From: an uncultured Deferribacteres bacterium
Lineage (GTDB): Bacteria > Zhuqueibacterota > Zhuqueibacteria > Zhuqueibacterales > Geothermadaptataceae
DNA length: 64,000 bases
Reading direction: 5' to 3'
NCBI GenBank assembly: GCA_964014485.1
Contig: CAXHAT010000008.1
Span: 1 to 64,000 of the forward strand
Both the position numbers and the translations under genes were made by a program. Positions 48,548-58,935 of this stretch are shown here, piece after piece (positions within the stretch are counted from its first letter, which is position 1; every line of letters begins with the position of its first letter). The notes under the pieces were generated by a model. That model made no database searches. It was not told the origin of the DNA and was given only the letters and a program-made list of their open reading frames with translations.

Positions 48548-50892
48548 GGCTTTTCGTTTTTAAGCCAGCCTAAAACATCGGCGGTTTCGATGACAAACCC
48601 CCAGCCTCCGCCGCCGTTTTCAACTTTTAAAAGCAATTCGTTTTTTCCTTCACGCACCAAGCCGACGAACATGTCGCTTGCCGGAGAAACCCCGCGATGC
48701 GTGTGATTTCGATGCACTTCTTCGCCGTTCAGCCATACGGCGACGCCGTCATCGCTGCCGAGCATAAACAGCATTTTTCCAGTCTCGCGACTTTCAAATT
48801 CGGTCGTTGCGTAGGCGTTCACTTTTTCGTGCTTACCAAATATTTCAACGAAATCCACGATTCCGTCTTCGGGCGCTTGCACCGTTCGCCACTGAATTTC
48901 CCGGCTGCTCGCGGCGCCGGGTTCAGGCGGTGCGACAACGTCTAACCCGTGGTTTTCAGGGAAAGGAAACGGCCCGGCGACGCGCCATTCGCGCAAAAAT
49001 TCGTTGGTCGTCAAATTTCGAAATGCAGCGCGGACATAGCGATGATCGTTGATGTGCTCAGCATGTTTCAAAGCCTTGCGCCAACGGGAATTGTCACCGG
49101 CATTGACTTGCGCCACGGCAATCGCTGTTTTTTCCAAAGGCTGTGCCGCGCTGCGCAGGGCGGCGGCCAGGATTGTCTGCGTTTCATCGCCCGGCGTTTC
49201 GCTGAGTTGGTTGTAAATAAACAAGCGGCGGTCGAGGCTGACCTGCGGCAAGAGCGCCGAGAAGAGCTCCTGACGATTGGGGATGTCGTTTTGCGCCAAA
49301 TAACTGACGGCGAATCTTTTAAGCTCGGAATCGTCGCCAAGCTCTTCGATAAAATTATCCGGTTGGTCGTGCAATCGCCGGACGATGGCGCCGGCGCGCT
49401 CCATGATCGAAGTGAATTCGCCGTCGCGGTCGGCGTCGACCCAAATCGGATTGGTAAAAGCCAGCGGCGTGATCGGAACCGGAGCGTCGTGGACGAGCGG
49501 CGCCATCGATTCGTTGCCGGTCGCGACGACGACGTACCATGTGTCAACTTTCGGCCTCAGGGTGACGGTTTTCCTGAAACGCACCGGGCGTTCCGACGAT
49601 TGAACGGCGAAGGATTTTACGACCTTGCCGTTGCCGATAATTTGGACAGTGTCGCAATCGACCCAGTGCGGCGCCTGGACGCGAATGCGCAAATTAACAG
49701 CGCCGTTTTTTAAGGAAATCTGGCCGCCAATCGGGACGTTTTTATCAGCGACGGCTTCAATGTACAAGCCTCGACTGACCGAAACATTGCGTTCACGAAT
49801 GCTTTCAACAAGTTCAGCTTCGTCAATTTTTGAAGGATCGTCTGTTGAACTTGCAACGTAAGTCCTGGGCGTTCCGGCCAGAATGTTCATCAAGCTGTGG
49901 CTGTCTGAATTGCCGACGCCGGCGAACCGTCGCCCGCTGTTGAGCATGTTAAACCAATCCTGCTTAACGGAAATCGGATTGCCTTCTTCCTCGATCCATC
50001 CCAGCCCGCGATTTTCATTCAAAATCTCATACGCGTCGAACGCCCAGCTCCAATCTTCTTGATCGGAAAAAGCGAATTCCTGATCGAAATTGAGAATGGT
50101 AAAATAATCGCCGCTCGGCCAGCGCGGATGGTTCACTTGAATTATCGAGGCAGGCGCTTCGTTTTTGATGTTTTTGAACAATTCGCGTCCGTCCGTAACG
50201 GAACTTTTTGTCGGCTCCGATCCGCGAGGGAGGGGAAAGGCGTTGAAATGCCCGATGGGGGTCGAAATTTCGTTGCCGATTGAGGCGGCCATCAAATCGG
50301 TGAGATCAAGCTCGCGCCGCACCGTGTCATAATCCGTCACGTGATTGTGATCCGTAGCAACAGCCCACTCCAAGCCTTCGCCAATGCAGGAAATGAGTCT
50401 TTCTTGAACCGACGCGTCGCCGTGCCCGGAAAAGGTGAGCGTGTGCAAGTGCAAGTCGCCGGAAATGTAGCCCGGCGTTTCGACTTCTTTGCGAATGTAT
50501 GCGGTGAGAGAATGCTTACTCTCCGCCGAAATCTCGATTTCACGTTTATCCGCTGAGTATTCCGTCCCGCGCCCCGCCCAAATCGTGTACTTGCCGGGCG
50601 GCACGGAAATTTCTCCTCTGCCGTCCGCAGTATAAACCGTGCTTTGGCGGCTGGCGATGTTGCCGAAAGACGCTACGCCAAGATCAAACGTAGTGTCGGC
50701 TTGCAGAAAAACAAGCTTTCCCGGCGTGTAGGCGCCGGATTCGGCGTCTCGAATTTCGAAGGAAAAGTTCGGGTCAACGACGGGCGTATTGGGTGTGTTA
50801 AGGCGGGGTTTTAGCGCAAATCCCGTAAAGATGAGTAGGGAAATTACGACGGACAATGCACGTAATTTGCGATTTTTCCGAAAACCGCTCAT
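48544..50892 (-). CDS. CehA/McbA-family (PHP-like) metallohydrolase with C-terminal PA14-like domain
   Basis: GDLHLHT, ATDHN, GNEIST..GHFNAFP, NHP, GNSDSH, FTNPIWVD; GSDDGVAVWLNG..NELLLKV. Confidence 0.82.
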   Translation of the reverse strand: MSGFRKNRKLRALSVVISLLIFTGFALKPRLNTPNTPVVDPNFSFEIRDAESGAYTPGKLVFLQADTTFDLGVASFGNIASRQSTVYTADGRGEISVPPGKYTIWAGRGTEYSADKREIEISAESKHSLTAYIRKEVETPGYISGDLHLHTLTFSGHGDASVQERLISCIGEGLEWAVATDHNHVTDYDTVRRELDLTDLMAASIGNEISTPIGHFNAFPLPRGSEPTKSSVTDGRELFKNIKNEAPASIIQVNHPRWPSGDYFTILNFDQEFAFSDQEDWSWAFDAYEILNENRGLGWIEEEGNPISVKQDWFNMLNSGRRFAGVGNSDSHSLMNILAGTPRTYVASSTDDPSKIDEAELVESIRERNVSVSRGLYIEAVADKNVPIGGQISLKNGAVNLRIRVQAPHWVDCDTVQIIGNGKVVKSFAVQSSERPVRFRKTVTLRPKVDTWYVVVATGNESMAPLVHDAPVPITPLAFTNPIWVDADRDGEFTSIMERAGAIVRRLHDQPDNFIEELGDDSELKRFAVSYLAQNDIPNRQELFSALLPQVSLDRRLFIYNQLSETPGDETQTILAAALRSAAQPLEKTAIAVAQVNAGDNSRWRKALKHAEHINDHRYVRAAFRNLTTNEFLREWRVAGPFPFPENHGLDVVAPPEPGAASSREIQWRTVQAPEDGIVDFVEIFGKHEKVNAYATTEFESRETGKMLFMLGSDDGVAVWLNGEEVHRNHTHRGVSPASDMFVGLVREGKNELLLKVENGGGGWGFVIETADVLGWLKNEKP

Positions 50893-50957
50893 TATCTCTC
50901 CTCCTTCCAAGAAAACAAGAACGCTGTAGAGATAATGAAGCCGCAGGCCAATTCCTA

Positions 50958-52988
50958 CTACTTCGACACCGGTTGTTCGCTCTCCAGAACGCGCGCCAGT
51001 TCGCCAATATTGATCGGCTTGGCGACGAAATCGTCCATCCCGGCTTTGAAGCAGTTCGCAACGTCTTCTTTCATGACCGCCGCCGTCATCGCGATTATTC
51101 TTGGCTGGAAATATGAAGGGAATTCGCGCCGAATTTGGCGGGTGGCTGCGAGACCGTCCATTTCGGGCATTTGCACGTCCATGAACACAAGATCGTAGCG
51201 TTCTTTTCTCAGCGCTTTGAGTGCAAGAGCGCCGTTTCCGACAATCTCAGCATGGTAGCCAAAGCGCTTTAGCATGTATTGCACGACTTGCTGGTTGACA
51301 GGGTTATCTTCCGCGACCAGCACCTTCAAAGGGTTTTGGGAAGCAAGTTCAGAATCAAAATCGACCGTATTTCTGAGCGGATCTGAAATAGTTTTCGAGT
51401 CTTGGGAAGCCTTGACTGCGCGAATGGTGAAATAGAAAGTAGAGCCTAGGTGAAGCTCGCTCTCCACCCAGATTTTGCCGCCCATGAGTTCACATAAACG
51501 ACGACAGATGGCAAGCCCAAGTCCTGTACCGCCGTATTTTCGCGTGGTTGAAGCGTCGAGTTGGCTGAACGGCAAGAACAGGTTTTTCCGCTTCTCCCAC
51601 GGCACTCCGACGCCGGTGTCTTTTACCGCAAACAACAATTCTGAACCCGGCTTATTCTCCTTCACGGAGATATTGATGCGCCCGTTTGGCGTGAACTTGA
51701 TGGCGTTGGAAAGCAAATTGATAAGAATTTGCCGCAATCGCGTTTCATCGCCCAGGATGATCTCAGGAGCGTTTTCATTTAAATGAAAATCGAGTTGCAG
51801 GTTCTTGGAAGAAACGTCGAGGGCAAAGAGATCCAGGACTTCTTCGATGCAGCGCTTCAGACTGATCGGCTGGTGCTCTAACTCCAGTTTGCCCGATTCA
51901 ATTTTTGAAAAGTCGAGAATATCGTTGATAATATTGAGCAATGCATTGCCGCTGTTGCGGATTGTACTGACGAGGTTTCGCTGTTCGGAGTTGAGGTCGG
52001 TTCCAATCAACAAGTCGGTCATCCCGATAACGCCGTTCATCGGCGTTCGAATTTCATGGCTCATGTTAGCGAGGAATTCGCTTTTCGCCCGGGTGGCTTC
52101 CTCAGCGCGAGTTCGGTCGGCAAACTCCTGATTGAGTTCTTTTTCAAGCAATTTTGATTTGTACGTCGCCGTGATCAGACGGGAAAAGAACCTGAAAAAC
52201 GCCAATTCGTATTCGCTGAATCTGCTTTCGATGTAGCGATTTGAGATAATGATCACGCACTTCTTTTCATCCAAAGTGATGGGGATGATAAGTTCGGATT
52301 GGCGCTGACTGAGGTCGGACGGGAATTTCAACTTCTGGATGATTTTTGTCCTGTGCGCCGAAACGCCTTCTTGAGCCATCATCTCCCATATTTTGCCGCC
52401 GTCGGGGCTTTCTTCCTCGCAAAACATGGCGGCGCCGGAATAGTGAAAAACGCCTTTGAGGAAAAAGCCAACGATGAGTTTGGGAAGCTGGTCAATCTCG
52501 GTTTTTGGAATCTCAATTGCGCTCAACGTCAATAACTCGGTCAGTGCGTCAATTGTCCATTGGGTATAAGTGCGCAGATCACTGCGAAGTTTTTGGTGTA
52601 AAAATTCCCATTGACTCGTGAAACGCTCAATGTCGGCGTGATAGCGTTCAATATCAATCCGTTGCTTCTGATTTTGTCGGTACTGGTCGTGCAACGCTTT
52701 GATGACTTTGAGCAGCGAGAGCGTGACCTCGTGAATGTGGGGCAGCATCTGCGGAGGCGTGGTCAAAACTTGCAGGAGCGGCCCTTTCCATTCTGTGGAA
52801 TACGCGTCTCCTTTTTGAATAACGACCCCGGCGATTTTTTCAAACAAGTCACCGAAGTTCTGTTCAAATTCGTCCGCGTCTCGTACAAAAACGGCAAATA
52901 TGCCGCGACGAATATCGCGCTTCTCGATAGTTTCTTTGTAAACGAACGGCGGCGGCGCTTCTATTGTCGAATAGAAGGCGAAGTTCAT
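50958..52988 (-). CDS. Hybrid sensor histidine kinase/response regulator (GAF-like, HisKA, HATPase, REC)
   Basis: FLANMSHEIRTPMNG, NLLSNAIKFT, DTGVG, YGGTGLGL, LVAEDN, FMDVQMPEMDG, KP. Confidence 0.93.
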   Translation of the reverse strand: MNFAFYSTIEAPPPFVYKETIEKRDIRRGIFAVFVRDADEFEQNFGDLFEKIAGVVIQKGDAYSTEWKGPLLQVLTTPPQMLPHIHEVTLSLLKVIKALHDQYRQNQKQRIDIERYHADIERFTSQWEFLHQKLRSDLRTYTQWTIDALTELLTLSAIEIPKTEIDQLPKLIVGFFLKGVFHYSGAAMFCEEESPDGGKIWEMMAQEGVSAHRTKIIQKLKFPSDLSQRQSELIIPITLDEKKCVIIISNRYIESRFSEYELAFFRFFSRLITATYKSKLLEKELNQEFADRTRAEEATRAKSEFLANMSHEIRTPMNGVIGMTDLLIGTDLNSEQRNLVSTIRNSGNALLNIINDILDFSKIESGKLELEHQPISLKRCIEEVLDLFALDVSSKNLQLDFHLNENAPEIILGDETRLRQILINLLSNAIKFTPNGRINISVKENKPGSELLFAVKDTGVGVPWEKRKNLFLPFSQLDASTTRKYGGTGLGLAICRRLCELMGGKIWVESELHLGSTFYFTIRAVKASQDSKTISDPLRNTVDFDSELASQNPLKVLVAEDNPVNQQVVQYMLKRFGYHAEIVGNGALALKALRKERYDLVFMDVQMPEMDGLAATRQIRREFPSYFQPRIIAMTAAVMKEDVANCFKAGMDDFVAKPINIGELARVLESEQPVSK

Positions 52989-54139
52989 TTGCTCCCACCT
53001 AAGAGAAGAATGATGAAAGTGACGTTGTGAAAGTAGGTGCCCGTGTAGGTGCCGTCTTCATTTTTGTGCGGCGCTATTTCGCCGAAGCTGGGCAGACCCA
53101 GCAATGGCAGCGTCGGCTTCAGCTCGGAAGACGTGCGTTCAAGTTCTTCTTTCGTGCGTTCACCCAAGACCCATTTCCGGCCGGCGCAGCTGATGATCAA
53201 AGCCGCTGAAGGATCAAAATCGAGTTCCGGCAAACCTTGCAGCGCTTCGGAGACCCCGCCTAAGACTTCTTCCCGCGTTGCCGTACAAACGCGCACCGGG
53301 GTGCCTTCTTCTACGCTGCCGAAATAAGTCAAGGAACCGTCCTCATCCATTTTGAAAGGCGTTCTCATCACATAGGTTTCGCATTCCGGCTGCTGGTAGG
53401 CGGCCATCGATAACGTGGTGATGTCCACTTCGGAAGGCGGCTTCCCGAATTGTTTGTGAATGAAATCGACCGTTGACATGCCGTCTATTTTGAAAATTCG
53501 GTTGCCTTCGGCTTCTTCTACAGTTGCAATTTCACCAACAGGCGCCCAGCCGCTGGCAAGGTTCATGGCAAACTGAACGTCGCCGGAAAGTGCCAAAATG
53601 CCGATAGCGTCTTCATGCATGCGGCCGTTGACAAGCACAATTCCGTGCTGGAAATGTCTGTCGTCCCCGGTCAGGCCGCCGACGCACGGGGCGGAAAATT
53701 CGGTCCGTATGCCCGCCGTCATTTTGGCGCCGTCCCCGGACATTCCAGCCATAACAAAAGCCAGTTTGATCTCATCGGCGGCTGCATTCTTGATCTTTTG
53801 GGCGCAGGCTTGCCCGGTTCTGAAAGAATCTTCAGCCAAACCGGCTTCGACGTCCACCGTCCACTCAACTTTGCCTTGGCTGTTGAATGCGAGTGCGCCG
53901 ACCCCAACGTTTTCCACGCGATCCGATTCATAATAGCCGTCGCCGGTGCCGCCAAAAATAATGACGTCTTTGTTTCCAAGCTCATCATAAATGCCTTCAT
54001 AAAGCTCGGAAAAGTCGGCGTAATTGACTGACGCGAACATAATAATCGCTTCCGGCTTAATATCTTTGAAAGCCTGGCCAATTTCCATCCCGGCTTCATA
54101 AGGGTCGATATTTGACGTACTAAAGGACTTGGTTTTCAT
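52985..54139 (-). CDS. FIST N/C-domain sensor protein (NosP-like)
   Basis: FGGTG, GGLTGDD, SGWAPVG, GNRIFKIDG, ISCAGRK, GLPSFGEI, FHNVT; 4-nt overlap with the kinase. Confidence 0.9.
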   Translation of the reverse strand: MKTKSFSTSNIDPYEAGMEIGQAFKDIKPEAIIMFASVNYADFSELYEGIYDELGNKDVIIFGGTGDGYYESDRVENVGVGALAFNSQGKVEWTVDVEAGLAEDSFRTGQACAQKIKNAAADEIKLAFVMAGMSGDGAKMTAGIRTEFSAPCVGGLTGDDRHFQHGIVLVNGRMHEDAIGILALSGDVQFAMNLASGWAPVGEIATVEEAEGNRIFKIDGMSTVDFIHKQFGKPPSEVDITTLSMAAYQQPECETYVMRTPFKMDEDGSLTYFGSVEEGTPVRVCTATREEVLGGVSEALQGLPELDFDPSAALIISCAGRKWVLGERTKEELERTSSELKPTLPLLGLPSFGEIAPHKNEDGTYTGTYFHNVTFIILLLGGSK

Positions 54140-54445
54140 CGCTTTACCGTTGGTTAAATGGTCGATATAAGAGGATTCGGCGTATTGGGGAAAGTTGTTT
54201 TCTGCGTACATAAGAAATTTACCCGCAGATAAAGCTTTAGCGGAAAGCCAATTGGCGAGAAGCGTAAGGGGGAAGTTTTTTTGAGAGAAGGTGTGCGATT
54301 TTTGAGGCTTTGTTCGAAACTAACCAAAAAGGCGGGACGGCACTCCAAAATTTGAACGCGCCAGCCGCAAAACTTAAATCTTATTCACTGATGTTACGCG
54401 CTCGCGTACTGATATGACGTTCGATGTAAACGTTGTTCTAAAAAG

Positions 54446-54666
54446 CTCATTCCCAATCTCCTGATTGGGAATGCACTTTTGGGGGCTGTCCAAGAACATG
54501 GTCTCTGAATGCAAGGCATACAATATGTCGTAGGGGTTCAAGATTTTGAACCCCTGCATGTGGTATAGTACATCAAAAATATTATGTTCTGAGACAACCC
54601 CCAATAGAAGATTCGAAACTGGAGTTTCTCGATCAACATCTTTCCCAAACCGAAGTTTGGGAAAAC
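54446..54666. repeat. REP-type element (TTCCCAA..TTGGGAA hairpins) interrupted by MITE copy 2
   Basis: cattcccaatc-tcct-gattgggaatg (54448-54473); gaaactggagtttc (54615-54628); tttcccaaac-cgaa-gtttgggaaa (54641-54664). Confidence 0.7.
54479..54604. mobile_element. MITE-like element copy 2 (inverted relative to copy 1)
   Basis: TIRs ttgggggctgtccaagaacat / atgttctgagacaacccccaa (18/21 match); central gtaggggttcaa-gatt-ttgaacccctgc. Confidence 0.8.
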
Positions 54667-54773
54667 CCCGTGGGGCCGTTTCAAGATAAAATGGCGCTTG
54701 TACACGGAGACGAGAATGACATAAAAGCAATGTCTTGGTTGAATCGCTCCTTTGTGTGCGGGCGTAACATCAA

Positions 54774-57176
54774 TTACTCATACTTCAAAATCTCAACCGG
54801 ATTTGCGAGGGATGCTTTGATCGCCTGATATCCCATCGTTAAAACGGCGATCAACAAAGCGGCGGCGCCGGAGGCCAGCAGGAGCCACGCTTCGATTTCA
54901 ATACGAAACGAAAAACTTTGCAGCCACAAGTCCATCAAGTACCATGCAATTGGCCATGCGAGAAGCATCGCGAAGACGACCAGAACAACATATTCGCGCG
55001 CCAGAAGTAACACAAGTCCGGGCGACGAAGCGCCCAACGTTTTGCGGACGCCGATTTCTTTGGTGCGTCTTTCAGCGGAAAACGCCGAAAGTCCGAGCAA
55101 GCCAAGGCAAGCGATCACAATAGCGATCAAGGTGAAGTCGCCGAACATCTTGCCGAACTGTTCCTGATTCTTGTAAAGATTGTCAAAATCCTGATCAAGG
55201 AACGAGTAGACAAACGGCCAGTCCGGCGTGAGTTCGTTCCATTTACGGCGAAGTTCCGCGACCGCGCTTTGAACGTCCTGCGTCTCGATTCGCGCCATCA
55301 TTGTTGCGATGTTCGACGGATCGAGGTGTAAAACCAGCGGCTGCATGAACACCTGCATCGGCTGAAAATGGAAATTCTTGACCACGCCAATGACGATGCC
55401 GCTTTTTTGCCCCGCCCAAACGATGCGTTGGCCAAGCGCTTCCTGCGGCGATGTCCATCCAAGATCCTGGATCGCTTTTTCATTTAAAACGAATGCTTCC
55501 TCAAGATCGGAAGGAAATTGGCGAGAGAAATTTCTTCCGGCGAGCAATTCGATTTCTAAAGCGGGGATAAAATCATGTTCGACATAGAGAAATTTCATGG
55601 AAACGCGCTCTTCGGGTGCAGCGCCTTCCTTGCCGACGCTCGTTCCGGTTGCGCCGGCGCCAGGGGGGCGATTTGCAAAAGTAACGTCGCTGATTCCCGG
55701 GATGGTTAACAGTTGATTTTTGACGGCTTCTTGTTTTTCGATCAATCCCTGGTCGCGCAACGGCACGACGAGCACTTGTTGGTCGTTGAATCCTAAGTCC
55801 TTGTTTTTCATATACTGCAGTTGCAGGTAAACCACAGCGGTTCCGACAATAAGAACAATGGATACGGCGAACTGCAAGATGACCAAAACTTGCCGGAAGC
55901 GCAACGGCGTCCGTTTCACTTGCGAAACTTCCAGTTTACCTTTGATGGTTTCAACAGGCTTGAAGGCCGAAAGAAAAAATGCGGGGTAGCTGCCTGAAAT
56001 GACGCCTGCGAGCAGGGCGGTTAGAGCAACACTGACAAGTAGAAAAACGTTTTCAAAATAGTTGAATTGCAGCGAACGTTCGAAAACGCTGTTAAATCGC
56101 GGCAGGAACATTTCAACCAAGAACAACGCCAGAATGAGGGCGAAACCGGCAAGCACAAGAGACTCGCCCAAAAATTGACGAACAAGCTGTCGACGTTCCG
56201 CGCCAATGACTTTGCGCAAGCCGACCTCTTTTGCGCGCATCGTTGAACGTGCGGTAGACAGGTTCATAAAATTGAAGCAGGCAATAAGCAAAACCATGAC
56301 CGCAATTGACGAGAAAATATAAACATACGTCATGTTGCTGCCGGCTTGAATTTCGTTCCCTTGCGGGTAAAGATGAATGTCAGTGACAGGTTGCAGCCAC
56401 GGTCTGAGTTTAATGCCGTGCGGCTCTAACATTTGCGTGGTGTAAGCGTCGATGAAATCCGGGAGTTTGGCCTCAACTTGCGATTTGTCGGTATTTTCGC
56501 GCAGCAGAACGTAGGTCACAAACGGATTGAACATCCAACTTTGCAATTGCTGGCCGAACTGCGGTTCAAGGCTGGAAAAAGAGCCGAGAAAATCAAAGTG
56601 CAAGTGCGCGTTTGGGGGAACGTCATGCATCACGCCGGTAATTTTGAAGTCGTCGCGATTTTCAATGCGCAGGGTTTTTCCCACTGGGTCTTCATCCCCG
56701 AAATATTTTTTGGCGGTAGATTCAGTCAGCACGACTGAAAACGGATCGTTTAACGCCGTCTGCGGATCGCCTGTGAGAAACGGAAAAGAGAATGTTTTAA
56801 ATATGTCCGCGTCGGCGTAGAAGAATCGATTTTCGTAAAAGCGTCGATCTTCAAAACCTACCATAATGTCGGTGAACGGCTGGTGGAACCGAACGGCGCG
56901 TTCAACTTCCGGAATTTCTTTCAAAAGGGCGGGAGCGACCGGCGCCCCCGAAAGCGCGTTTGAGAATTCACCGTTTGGCGAGACAAAATTTATGTTGAAG
57001 CGGTAGAGCCGCTGCGCCTTTTGGTGAAAATTGTCGTAGCTTAGTTCTTCCCGCACAAAAAGCATGATGATAAAGCAGCAAGCCATGCCTGTCGCCAATC
57101 CGACGATGTTTATGAAAGAATAGCCTTTGTGTTTGCTAATATTGCGCAAGGCGATTTTGACGTAGTTTTTAAACAT
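54774..57176 (-). CDS. ABC transporter permease (MacB/FtsX double-domain)
   Basis: MFKNYVKIALRN..SFINIVGL, LIACFNFMNLSTARS..RAKEVGLRK, RRTKEIGVRKTLGAS, ANPVEILKYE. Confidence 0.93.
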   Translation of the reverse strand: MFKNYVKIALRNISKHKGYSFINIVGLATGMACCFIIMLFVREELSYDNFHQKAQRLYRFNINFVSPNGEFSNALSGAPVAPALLKEIPEVERAVRFHQPFTDIMVGFEDRRFYENRFFYADADIFKTFSFPFLTGDPQTALNDPFSVVLTESTAKKYFGDEDPVGKTLRIENRDDFKITGVMHDVPPNAHLHFDFLGSFSSLEPQFGQQLQSWMFNPFVTYVLLRENTDKSQVEAKLPDFIDAYTTQMLEPHGIKLRPWLQPVTDIHLYPQGNEIQAGSNMTYVYIFSSIAVMVLLIACFNFMNLSTARSTMRAKEVGLRKVIGAERRQLVRQFLGESLVLAGFALILALFLVEMFLPRFNSVFERSLQFNYFENVFLLVSVALTALLAGVISGSYPAFFLSAFKPVETIKGKLEVSQVKRTPLRFRQVLVILQFAVSIVLIVGTAVVYLQLQYMKNKDLGFNDQQVLVVPLRDQGLIEKQEAVKNQLLTIPGISDVTFANRPPGAGATGTSVGKEGAAPEERVSMKFLYVEHDFIPALEIELLAGRNFSRQFPSDLEEAFVLNEKAIQDLGWTSPQEALGQRIVWAGQKSGIVIGVVKNFHFQPMQVFMQPLVLHLDPSNIATMMARIETQDVQSAVAELRRKWNELTPDWPFVYSFLDQDFDNLYKNQEQFGKMFGDFTLIAIVIACLGLLGLSAFSAERRTKEIGVRKTLGASSPGLVLLLAREYVVLVVFAMLLAWPIAWYLMDLWLQSFSFRIEIEAWLLLASGAAALLIAVLTMGYQAIKASLANPVEILKYE

Positions 57177-57248
57177 GATTCCTCGCTGTGAAAATACGGA
57201 ATTCATCGTTTTGGATGATGTGTCAATTTTTTCAAGAAAAGAACTGGA

Positions 57249-57265
57249 TTCAATTCTTGTACCAG
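57249..57265 (-). promoter_or_regulatory. Candidate sigma54 promoter for the ABC permease
   Basis: Minus strand CTGGTACAAGAATTGAA (TGGYAC-N5-TTGA, exact spacing), 72 nt upstream of ATG. Confidence 0.55.
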
Positions 57266-57332
57266 AGCAAACATGAGCGAATATAAGAGCAGTGCGAAAC
57301 AAAATTTGAGCAAGAATATACGATTACTAAAC

Positions 57333-57358
57333 ATGAGCGTTCGAATATGAACGCTCAT
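57333..57358. promoter_or_regulatory. Palindromic operator/upstream activator site
   Basis: atgagcgttc-gaatat-gaacgctcat perfect 10-bp IR, ~70-95 nt upstream of the -24 element. Confidence 0.55.
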
Positions 57359-57518
57359 ATTTTGAAGATAGCGATGTTGGTTTTGTTCACTGTCTATTCT
57401 GGTAACCACTATCTCGTTTGTATATAATTGATTCAAGCCGTTATTTTATTATTTTCATGTTCTCATGACGAATCCGATGCCTGATTCGACTCCAAACTGG
57501 AATTATTGTTTTTGACCT

Positions 57519-58301
57519 GTGAAAAAGTTTTTTTCTTTAAAAAATGATGGACTCAGCCGATTTTTAATCCAGGTCGCGCTGCCCTTAATATCCATTTCTA
57601 TCTCCCTCTCGGGGCTCTATTTTGGCCTTTCAGCAAATGAGTTTATTATTTCAATCGCTTTCGGGTTTTCCGGTTTGGTTGGTTTTTTCGTTTACCACCA
57701 GCTTAGGAATATCAACAAGGGCTGCGCGAATCCGTATTTGGCCGCTAAGTTGGATGAAATCGAAATCACGGTATTTTCAAACCGGCGGGAAATCCATCGC
57801 AAATTAACTTTGGTTTCGACCAAAAAGCGCAAAATAAAGTCATATCTTTTCAGACTCTATTTTACGAATAAAGACGAACACGCAGATGCAGTATGTATTT
57901 CAGGAAACGGTCGGCTTACTCGCACGCCGCCTGTGGATCAAAACGGATGGCATGATTGTCAATTTGATTTTTTCTCGCCTTTCAGGAATCAAGGAGATGA
58001 GAGGAAGGTTGAGTTCAGATATACGATGGATGAGAAAGTCGGCAAGGCAGATCTCCATCATTTTATTTCTTATAACAATTTCAATAAATGTGAAGAAGTT
58101 CGATTTAAACTGGTTTTCGATATCAGAGTAAAGCTGCCAAAAGACGTTTATTTATACTTGCACGACGCAGATGAGCAGAACCCTGCTCTCTCAAAAACAA
58201 GAATAAAGCTGAATGGGATTAACCGCACTTATAGTATAGTCCGAAAGCCCGCACTTGAGCAGCAGCGGCGGTATTCTATACAATGGGTTTTGAAACCTTA
58301 G
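57519..58301 (+). CDS. Hypothetical protein: two N-terminal TM helices plus beta-rich C-terminal domain; AT-rich
   Basis: 260-aa ORF with GTG start; hydrophobic residues ~16-59; ends RYSIQW. Confidence 0.7.
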   Translation: MKKFFSLKNDGLSRFLIQVALPLISISISLSGLYFGLSANEFIISIAFGFSGLVGFFVYHQLRNINKGCANPYLAAKLDEIEITVFSNRREIHRKLTLVSTKKRKIKSYLFRLYFTNKDEHADAVCISGNGRLTRTPPVDQNGWHDCQFDFFSPFRNQGDERKVEFRYTMDEKVGKADLHHFISYNNFNKCEEVRFKLVFDIRVKLPKDVYLYLHDADEQNPALSKTRIKLNGINRTYSIVRKPALEQQRRYSIQWVLKP

Positions 58302-58935
58302 GTTCTGCAATCTTGGTAAACGTGCTCCATTTTCTGGCGGAAGAAGTGGGATTTATAATTCAGAAAAATGGATTTGTTATTACTTGAAACACTGATATTT
58401 TTGGAGAAGAAAATGAGTGAAGAATAAAGAACCCTGGTCTTTGTCAACAAATTTAATTTATCTCAAATCCCCGCCTGATTTGAAGAGTATATTGCCGGGG
58501 ATTTGAGGTGGAATAATAGAATCAAGTCAAGAACTGCGAAAAACGTCTGATTTGTTTATCCGAATTTCGATTGAAGCTTAATCCTCTCCCATGAATATTT
58601 TCCCCCTTGTTCGTCCTGAATTTATGGCGCGGCCAAAAGCAACGCTTACACTTTTGACGGCCTCCAGTTTTACAGTAAACGATTGAGTAGCAACTATAGA
58701 GCGTTTATGTTGCTATAGCTTGAATTGCTGTGAGATAGTGTCAGGAGAAAAAAGACAAAAAGCAATAAGTAAGTTAAAAAGCTATTGACTTTTATCAAGA
58801 TGCTTAATAATTATACACTAATTCAATTCGAAACCCGCCATGGGGGTAAATCTCAGCTTTCGAACGCGTTTCAACAATTCAGAATTTTCTGCAAACATCT
58901 GGACAATCCCCTTTTCAAGGCAAAAGGAGTGTCTT

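Noticed and set aside
54374..54730. 118-aa minus-strand ORF, and similar short ORFs at 43618-44160
   Set aside because: Translations of REP/MITE sequence, not plausible genes.
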